64,000 nt of DNA from Cyanobacteriota bacterium (GTDB lineage: Bacteria > Cyanobacteriota > Cyanobacteriia > PCC-6307 > Cyanobiaceae): assembly GCA_039799245.1 (NCBI GenBank), contig JBDLTB010000015.1:9759-73758 (forward strand), written 5' to 3'. The notes under the pieces are model-generated. The model had not been told where the DNA came from. It did no database searches and was given only the letters and a program-made list of their open reading frames with translations. Both the position numbers and the translations under genes were made by a program. Numbering within the stretch: position 1 is the first letter of the stretch; every line of letters starts with the position of its first letter. Below, one piece after another: positions 58,010-64,000 of this stretch.

Positions 58010-58275
58010 GCGCAAAAAACTTCATGTTTATCCTAATTTCGGGGGGCAATTTTTAGGGAATTAGAACCCCAACAGCTCCGCTCAACCAGTAAGCAAACTG
58101 ACCGGAGTTGTGCAAGCCAAGCGGGATTCAGCTGCCCCCCAGGGGCTTTCAATCCATCGGTTACCAAAAGCACCTTTATGGACTGGCTGTTCTGCGCGAT
58201 GTCTTCAAAATTACACCGGTTAAATTGACCGTGGGGCGCTAAACTCCGGCCAAATTAAACTTTGAGGAGGCCAGG

Positions 58276-59250
58276 GTGATGGGAACACCGCAGCGGGCCA
58301 GGCCCGAGGGGAAACAACCCCAGGTCCGCCCTGGGGTTGGCCGATCCAGCAACCGTGGGGGCGGCCGCCTCAGCACCGATTCAATCGGTTGGTACCTCAG
58401 TAATATCGGCAGGGTGCCGCTGCTCACTGCCGCCGAGGAAATTGAGCTGGCCCACCAGGTGCAGCAGATGAAGCGGCTGCAGGAAATTGCTGAAAACGAG
58501 CGCACGCCCCGCCAACGCCATCAGGTGCGCATGGGCTGTCGGGCCCGGGATCGCATGATGGCCGCCAACCTGCGCCTGGTGGTAAGCGTCGCTAAGAAAT
58601 ACCAAAACCAAGGCCTTGAGCTGCTGGATCTAGTGCAGGAAGGGGCCATCGGCCTGGAACGGGCCGTGGACAAATTTGACCCTGCCATGGGCTACAAGTT
58701 TTCCACCTATGCCTATTGGTGGATCCGCCAGGGCATGACCCGGGCCATAGACAACAGCGCCCGCACCATTCGCCTGCCGATTCACATCAGCGAAAAGCTG
58801 TCGAAGATGCGCCGCGTTACCCGGGAGCTCTCCCACCGCTTTGGTCGCCAACCCAACCGCCTAGAACTGGCCCATGCCCTGGGCATGGAACCCCAGGAAC
58901 TGGAAGAACTGCTGAGCCAGAGCGCCCCCTGCGCCTCCCTGGATGCCCACGCCCGCGGCGAGGAAGACCGCAGCACCCTCGGGGAACTGATCCCCGATCC
59001 GGTGAGCATGGAACCGATGGACCACATGGACCGTCGCATCCAGAAGGAACACCTGGGCACCTGGATCACCCAGCTCAACGAACGGGAGCAAAAAATTCTG
59101 AAGCTGCGCTTTGGCCTTGAGGGGGCCGAACCGCTCACCCTGGCTGAAATCGGCCGCCAGATCAACGTTTCCCGCGAACGGGTGCGCCAGCTGGAAGCCA
59201 AGGCGATCCTTAAATTGCGGCTAATCACCAGCCAACAGAACGCCGCCTGA
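58276..59250 (+). CDS. RNA polymerase sigma factor, group 2 (RpoD family)
   Basis: Region 2 (DLVQEGAIGLERAVDKFD, YAYWWIRQ), region 3, and region 4.2 (TLAEIGRQINVSRERVRQLEAKAILKLR). GAGGAGG lies upstream of the GTG/ATG start. Confidence 0.9.
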   Translation: MMGTPQRARPEGKQPQVRPGVGRSSNRGGGRLSTDSIGWYLSNIGRVPLLTAAEEIELAHQVQQMKRLQEIAENERTPRQRHQVRMGCRARDRMMAANLRLVVSVAKKYQNQGLELLDLVQEGAIGLERAVDKFDPAMGYKFSTYAYWWIRQGMTRAIDNSARTIRLPIHISEKLSKMRRVTRELSHRFGRQPNRLELAHALGMEPQELEELLSQSAPCASLDAHARGEEDRSTLGELIPDPVSMEPMDHMDRRIQKEHLGTWITQLNEREQKILKLRFGLEGAEPLTLAEIGRQINVSRERVRQLEAKAILKLRLITSQQNAA

Positions 59251-59252
59251 CC

Positions 59253-59903
59253 TTGCCCCTGCCTGGTGGTTTTCCCCTGCCTGGTGGTTTGGCCCTGGTG
59301 CTGCTCTGGCTGGCCCTGGTGCTTAGCGCCGCCGTGCTGGCCCGCCGCCTCTGGCCTGGCCAACGGGAACTAAGCCGCAAGCTGGTGCACATGGGGGCCG
59401 GCCTGGCCGTGCCGATCGCCTGGGCCACTGCCATCCCCCTGGCAATCGCCCTGCCCGCCGCCCTGGGGGCCACCCTGGTCACCGCCCTCAACCACCGGTT
59501 CCGGCTGCTGCCGGCGGTGGAGGACGTGGGTCGCCACAGCTGGGGCACGATCGCCTACGGCGCCTCAATTTCGCTGCTGTTGGCCTTTTATTGGCCAAGC
59601 CGCCCAGAGCTGGTAACGGCTGGGGTTTTGACCATGGCCCTGGGGGATGGGCTGGCCGGCCTGGTGGGGGCCAGCTTGCCTAGCTGGCGCTGGCGCCTGT
59701 GGGGCCAAACAAAATCCATGGGGGGCACCGCCGTGATGGCCAGCGTCACTGCCCTGGTGTTGCTGCTAATTCTGCCTGGCAGCCCCTGGGGGCTGCTGCT
59801 GGCGATTGCCGCCACTGCCACCGCCCTGGAACAGCTCTCCTGGGGGGGCCTCGACAACCTCAGCGTGCCGCTAGCTACCGCCTGGCTATGTAGCTGGCTG
59901 TAG
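59253..59903 (+). CDS. phytol kinase / polyprenol (CTP-dependent) kinase family membrane protein
   Basis: RKLVHMGAG motif (compare VTE5-type RKIVHIGTG) and multiple TM helices. The TTG start is uncertain. Confidence 0.65.
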   Translation: MPLPGGFPLPGGLALVLLWLALVLSAAVLARRLWPGQRELSRKLVHMGAGLAVPIAWATAIPLAIALPAALGATLVTALNHRFRLLPAVEDVGRHSWGTIAYGASISLLLAFYWPSRPELVTAGVLTMALGDGLAGLVGASLPSWRWRLWGQTKSMGGTAVMASVTALVLLLILPGSPWGLLLAIAATATALEQLSWGGLDNLSVPLATAWLCSWL

Positions 59904-59936
59904 GCCTAATCAGCAGTCTGAAAGCAGAAGTCTGAT

Positions 59937-61010
59937 TCAGACCGCCGCCACCGTCGCCCCAGCGGGCACCAGCACCGCCGCCGCCAACTGATCCAGCAGG
60001 GCTGCGGTGCTAGCCAGGTCGATGCAGGCATCGGTGATGCTCTGGCCGTAGGTGAGTTGCGAAAGATCCGCCGGCAACTTCTGGTTGCCCGCCACCAGAT
60101 GGCTTTCGATCATCACCCCCAACACAGCGCTGGAGCCGTCCCGCACCTGGGAAGCCACCGCCTCCAGCACCTCCCCCTGGCGGCGGTAATCCTTATTCGA
60201 ATTACCATGGCTGCAATCCACCATCACCCGATGCGGTAAACCCACGGCCGCCAACTGCTGGGCCGCCACGGCAATCGCCTCCGGGTGGTAGTTGGTGCCG
60301 CTGCCGCCCCCGCGCAACACCAGATGGCCATCGGGGTTGCCGGTGGTGGACACAATCGAAGCCTGGCCCTGGCCGTTGATGCCAAGGAAATGGTGGGGGC
60401 GGGCGGCGGCCTCCATGGCATTGATCGCAATGGCGACGCTGCCATCGGTGCCGTTCTTGTAACCAATGGGCATCGACAGGCCCGAGGCCATTTCCCGGTG
60501 GGTTTGGCTTTCGGTGGTGCGGGCGCCGATGGCGGTCCAGCTGATCAAATCAGCGATGTATTGGGGCACCACCGGATCCAGCAGTTCCGTGGCCGCCGGC
60601 AGCCCCCGTTCCGCCAGGTGCAACAACAAAGTACGGGCCCGGCGCAGGCCAGTGTTGATGTCGTAGCTGCCGTCGAGATGGGGGTCATTGATCAGCCCCT
60701 TCCAGCCCACGGTGGTGCGGGGTTTCTCGAAATAAACCCGCATCACCACCTCCAGCCGTTCCTGGTGGCGCTGCCGCAGCAGGGCCAGGGCATCGGCATA
60801 TTCCTCCGCCGCCGCCACGTCGTGCACTGAGCAGGGGCCCACGATCACCAACAGGCGCGGGTCTTCCCCCCGCAGAATCCGCTGGATCCGCTGGCGGGTG
60901 CTTCTTACGGTCTCCGCCGCCCGATCACTAAGGGGCAACTCAGCGTGGAGAATCGCAGGCGCCACCAGGGGCCGAGTTTCCACCACGTGCAAATCGGAGG
61001 TGGGAAGCAT
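59937..61010 (-). CDS. 3-deoxy-7-phosphoheptulonate (DAHP) synthase, class I alpha
   Basis: RLLVIVGPCSVHD, KPRTTVGWKGL and VMVDCSHGNS motifs. ATG 61010 gives 357 aa. Confidence 0.9.
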   Translation of the reverse strand: MLPTSDLHVVETRPLVAPAILHAELPLSDRAAETVRSTRQRIQRILRGEDPRLLVIVGPCSVHDVAAAEEYADALALLRQRHQERLEVVMRVYFEKPRTTVGWKGLINDPHLDGSYDINTGLRRARTLLLHLAERGLPAATELLDPVVPQYIADLISWTAIGARTTESQTHREMASGLSMPIGYKNGTDGSVAIAINAMEAAARPHHFLGINGQGQASIVSTTGNPDGHLVLRGGGSGTNYHPEAIAVAAQQLAAVGLPHRVMVDCSHGNSNKDYRRQGEVLEAVASQVRDGSSAVLGVMIESHLVAGNQKLPADLSQLTYGQSITDACIDLASTAALLDQLAAAVLVPAGATVAAV

Positions 61011-61093
61011 GCCCCTCAGCCAGACAGACACATTGGTCACAACCCTAGGCGGCGGGCCTGCGAGAACAATGGGTAGATCACTGATCGCTGTCG

Positions 61094-63694
61094 ATGCTCG
61101 CCGCTTACCGCCAGGCCGCCGCTGACCGGCAGGCCCTTGGCATCCCACCCCTGCCCCTAGGCGCCGCCCAGGTGGAAGCCCTGGTGGAACTGCTGGAACA
61201 GCCCCCCGCCGGCGAAGGGGCCTTCCTGCTGGAGCTGCTCAGCGAAAGGATCCCGCCTGGGGTGGATGAGGCCGCCTACGTGAAGGCCGGGTGGCTTAAG
61301 GCCGTGGCCCAGGGCAGCCTCAGCAGCCCGCTGCTCAGCCCCCTGGCCGCCACCCAGCTGCTGGCCACGATGATCGGTGGCTACAACGTGGGCGCCCTAA
61401 TCGAGCTGCTAGCCAGCAACGATCCGAGCATCGCCAGCGAGGCAGCCACCGGCCTGGGCCGCACCCTGCTGGTGTACGACGCCTACAACGATGTGCTTGA
61501 CCTGGCCAGCAGCAACGCCTACGCCCAGCGGGTGGTGGATAGCTGGGCCGCGGCCGAATGGTTCACCGCCCGGCCGGCCCTGCCCACCGAAATCACTGTC
61601 ACGGTGTTCAAGGTGGAGGGGGAAACCAACACCGACGACCTCTCCCCTGCCACCCACGCCACCACCCGGCCCGACATCCCCCTGCACGCCCTGGCCATGC
61701 TGGAAACCCGCATGGCCGGCGGCCTGGAGCTGATCAGCCAGCTGAAGGCCAAGGGCCATCCCGTGAGCTATGTGGGGGATGTGGTAGGCACCGGCAGTTC
61801 GCGTAAATCAGCGATCAATTCAGTGCTCTGGCACACGGGCAAAAACATTCCCCAGGTGCCTAATAAACGCGGCGGTGGGGTAATCCTGGGCGGCAAAATT
61901 GCGCCGATTTTCTTTAATACCGCTGAGGATTCCGGTGCCCTGCCGATCGAATGTGATGTGAGTGGGCTCAACTCCGGCGATGTAATCACGATTCGCCCCT
62001 ATGCCGGCACGGTGGAGTGGGCGGCGGGGGAAGCCAACGCCGGAGAAATCATTACCCGCTTTGACCTAAAACCCAGCACGATCAGCGACGAGGTGCGCGC
62101 CGGCGGCCGCATCCCCCTGCTCATTGGCCGTTCGCTCACCGATAAGGTGCGCGCCCACCTGGGGCTGCCCCCCAGCGAGCTATTCATCCGGCCCAGCAGC
62201 CCGGCCGAGAGCGCCCAGGGCTTCAGCTTGGCCCAGAAGCTGGTGGGTAAGGCCTGCGGCCTGGCGGGCATTCGCCCCGGCAGCAGCTGCGAACCCCTAA
62301 TGACCACGGTGGGCAGCCAAGACACCACCGGGCCCATGACCCGCGATGAGATGAAGGAGCTGGCCTGCCTGGGCTTTTCCGCTGATCTGGTGCTGCAGAG
62401 TTTCTGTCACACCGCCGCCTATCCCAAGCCGGTAGACGTAAAAACCCACGCCGAGCTACCTGATTTCATCAGCTCCCGCGGCGGTGTGGCCCTGCGCCCC
62501 GGCGACGGCATCATCCACAGCTGGCTGAATCGGATGCTGCTGCCCGACACGGTGGGCACCGGCGGCGACAGCCACACCCGCTTCCCCCTGGGCATCTCCT
62601 TCCCGGCCGGCTCGGGCCTGGTGGCCTTTGCCGCCGCCATCGGCGCCATGCCGCTCGACATGCCGGAATCGGTGCTGGTGCGTTTCACCGGGGAGCTGCA
62701 GCCGGGGGTGACCCTGCGGGATGTGGTGAATGCGATCCCCTATGTGGCGATCCAGCAGGGACTACTCACGGTGGAGAAGGCCAACAAGAAAAACGTGTTC
62801 TCCGGCCGGATCATGGAGATCGAAGGGCTGCCTGATCTAAAGCTGGAGCAGGCCTTCGAGCTCACCGACGCCTCGGCGGAAAGGTCTTGCGCCGGCTGCA
62901 CGATCAAGCTTTCAGAGGCCACCGTGGCCGAATACCTCCGCAGCAATGTGGCGCTGCTACACAACATGATTGCCCGCGGTTATCAAGATCCCCGCACCCT
63001 GGCGCGGCGGATCAAGGAAATGGAAGCCTGGCTGGCTAATCCAGTGCTGCTCAGTGCCGATGCCGACGCGGAGTATGCCGCTGTGATTGATATCAACCTT
63101 GATGAACTCACAGAACCAATCCTGGCCTGCCCCAATGATCCAGACAACGTGAAGCTACTAAGTGAAGTGGCCGGTGCACATATTGATGAGGTATTCATCG
63201 GTTCCTGCATGACCAACATCGGCCATTACCGGGCGGCGGCCAAGGTGCTGGAGGGCATTAGCGCCAGTGGCGCCACCCTTTGGGTGTGTCCGCCCACGCG
63301 CATGGATGAGGAAACCCTCAAGACCGAGGGCTATTACGCCAGCTTTGAAAGTTTTGGCGCCCGGCTGGAGCTGCCCGGCTGTTCGCTGTGCATGGGCAAC
63401 CAGGCGCGGGTGGCCGATAACGCCGTGGTCTTCTCCACCAGCACCCGCAACTTCAACAATCGCCTCGGCAATGGCGCCCAGGTGTATCTAGGCAGCGCCG
63501 AACTGGCGGCGGTGTGCGCCCAACTGGGCCGCATTCCCACCCAGCAGGAATACCAAGCCATCGCCGCCGAACGCATTGCACCCCTGGCCAGCGAGCTCTA
63601 TCGCTATTTAAACTTCGATCAAATCGAAGATTTCAGCGATAGTGGCCGGGTGGTTAGTAGTGCTGAGCATAGGGAGTTGCTGAACCAAAGCTAG
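61094..63694 (+). CDS. acnB: bifunctional aconitate hydratase 2 / 2-methylisocitrate dehydratase
   Basis: 866 aa with the AcnB-type N-terminal HEAT-like and swivel domains followed by the catalytic core ([19 protein letters not shown]). Confidence 0.95.
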   Translation: MLAAYRQAAADRQALGIPPLPLGAAQVEALVELLEQPPAGEGAFLLELLSERIPPGVDEAAYVKAGWLKAVAQGSLSSPLLSPLAATQLLATMIGGYNVGALIELLASNDPSIASEAATGLGRTLLVYDAYNDVLDLASSNAYAQRVVDSWAAAEWFTARPALPTEITVTVFKVEGETNTDDLSPATHATTRPDIPLHALAMLETRMAGGLELISQLKAKGHPVSYVGDVVGTGSSRKSAINSVLWHTGKNIPQVPNKRGGGVILGGKIAPIFFNTAEDSGALPIECDVSGLNSGDVITIRPYAGTVEWAAGEANAGEIITRFDLKPSTISDEVRAGGRIPLLIGRSLTDKVRAHLGLPPSELFIRPSSPAESAQGFSLAQKLVGKACGLAGIRPGSSCEPLMTTVGSQDTTGPMTRDEMKELACLGFSADLVLQSFCHTAAYPKPVDVKTHAELPDFISSRGGVALRPGDGIIHSWLNRMLLPDTVGTGGDSHTRFPLGISFPAGSGLVAFAAAIGAMPLDMPESVLVRFTGELQPGVTLRDVVNAIPYVAIQQGLLTVEKANKKNVFSGRIMEIEGLPDLKLEQAFELTDASAERSCAGCTIKLSEATVAEYLRSNVALLHNMIARGYQDPRTLARRIKEMEAWLANPVLLSADADAEYAAVIDINLDELTEPILACPNDPDNVKLLSEVAGAHIDEVFIGSCMTNIGHYRAAAKVLEGISASGATLWVCPPTRMDEETLKTEGYYASFESFGARLELPGCSLCMGNQARVADNAVVFSTSTRNFNNRLGNGAQVYLGSAELAAVCAQLGRIPTQQEYQAIAAERIAPLASELYRYLNFDQIEDFSDSGRVVSSAEHRELLNQS

Positions 63695-64000
63695 GAGATA
63701 CCGCAGACAGGCTTCTACGTCACAAAGCTGATTCCACAAAGCCCGATCCAAACCCTCCCTATCGGGATCTTCGTCGTAGCGGCGTAGCGGCGTAGTACGG
63801 CAAAGAAAGTGAAGCGGCCTAGCGGCGAGAAGGGGTCAACGGCGGCATCTTTATCCCGCAGCATCTGGAACAACAGCCTGAGATTATGACTAAAGGGAGG
63901 TTATTCGGGAGCTAACAACAGAAGCCAAGCTTTTAATGCCTTCTCAGGGGCCTGCTGAAGATGAAATCCCCAGGACTCCTCCCCAAAGGCGAAAGAATCC

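Noticed and set aside
58089-58102. GTA-N8-GAC (gtaagcaaactgac) about 175 nt upstream of the sigma-factor gene, as a possible NtcA site.
   Set aside because: It has a mismatch in the more critical half-site, lies far from the start codon, and I could not identify a -10 element at the proper spacing. Too speculative to annotate.
59263-59300. Direct repeat CCCTGCCTGGTGGTTT x2 at the start of the phytol-kinase-like gene.
   Set aside because: A simple in-frame duplication encoding PLPGGF/PLPGGL in the N-terminal tail. Nothing suggests a regulatory or mobile element.
63776-63801. GTAGCGGC GTAGCGGC GTAGTACGGC mini-repeat and nearby weak hairpins downstream of acnB.
   Set aside because: Very short, with no associated ORF, terminator U-tract or similarity to the other repeat families. 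The window also ends 200 nt later, so context is missing.

Overview
The window is a chromosomal segment from a high-GC picocyanobacterium. Gene content (ctaC, DUF1830, urt/ure, nrtABCD-narB-nirA-cynS, a group-2 sigma factor) suggests Cyanobium or Synechococcus subcluster 5.2/5.3. I call about 60 protein genes and found no rRNA, tRNA, CRISPR array, transposase or integrase.

Layout:
- 0-11 kb: housekeeping genes (ctaC, folB-folK, aspS, dps, pyrG, queE/queC, pabB-pabC), with an ecotin gene wedged between queE and queC.
- 11.4-28.9 kb: urea utilisation (urtABCDE, ureG, ureFE, ureD, ureABC). Two blocks interrupt this cluster: a TrpXYZ-family ABC transporter plus a TauE/TSUP permease between ureG and ureF, and a low-GC sensor + MscS-channel operon between ureD and ureA.
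- 28.9-37.1 kb: a small phage-like ORF with ppk2, then a circularly permuted ATP-grasp / alpha-E / transglutaminase / DUF2126 cluster.
- 37.1-50.8 kb: nitrate/nitrite/cyanate assimilation (cobA, a CbiX-like gene, nirA, a TrpD2-like gene, a narM-like gene, nrtABCD, narB, cynS, mobA).
- 50.8-64 kb: hrpB, a deaminase, a 2OG-Fe(II) oxygenase, an MFS transporter, ppk1, a sigma factor, a phytol-kinase-like gene, DAHP synthase and acnB.

Most interesting observations:
- The sensor + channel pair inside the urease cluster. By manual alignment, the cyclase-homology domain lacks both metal-binding Asp residues and the catalytic Arg, and the channel's cNMP-binding-like domain lacks the phosphate-binding Arg.
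- The ABC transporter is translationally coupled to ureG.
- The ATP-grasp/alpha-E/transglutaminase system has no experimentally established function that I know of.
- The ecotin homologue has Arg at P1.
- A TrpD2(YbiB)-like gene is translationally coupled to a narM-like gene.
- Two intergenic regions carry tandem repeats of about 13 nt with a shared TTTAGGC core.

All functional calls rest on motif recognition by eye. No database searches were run.
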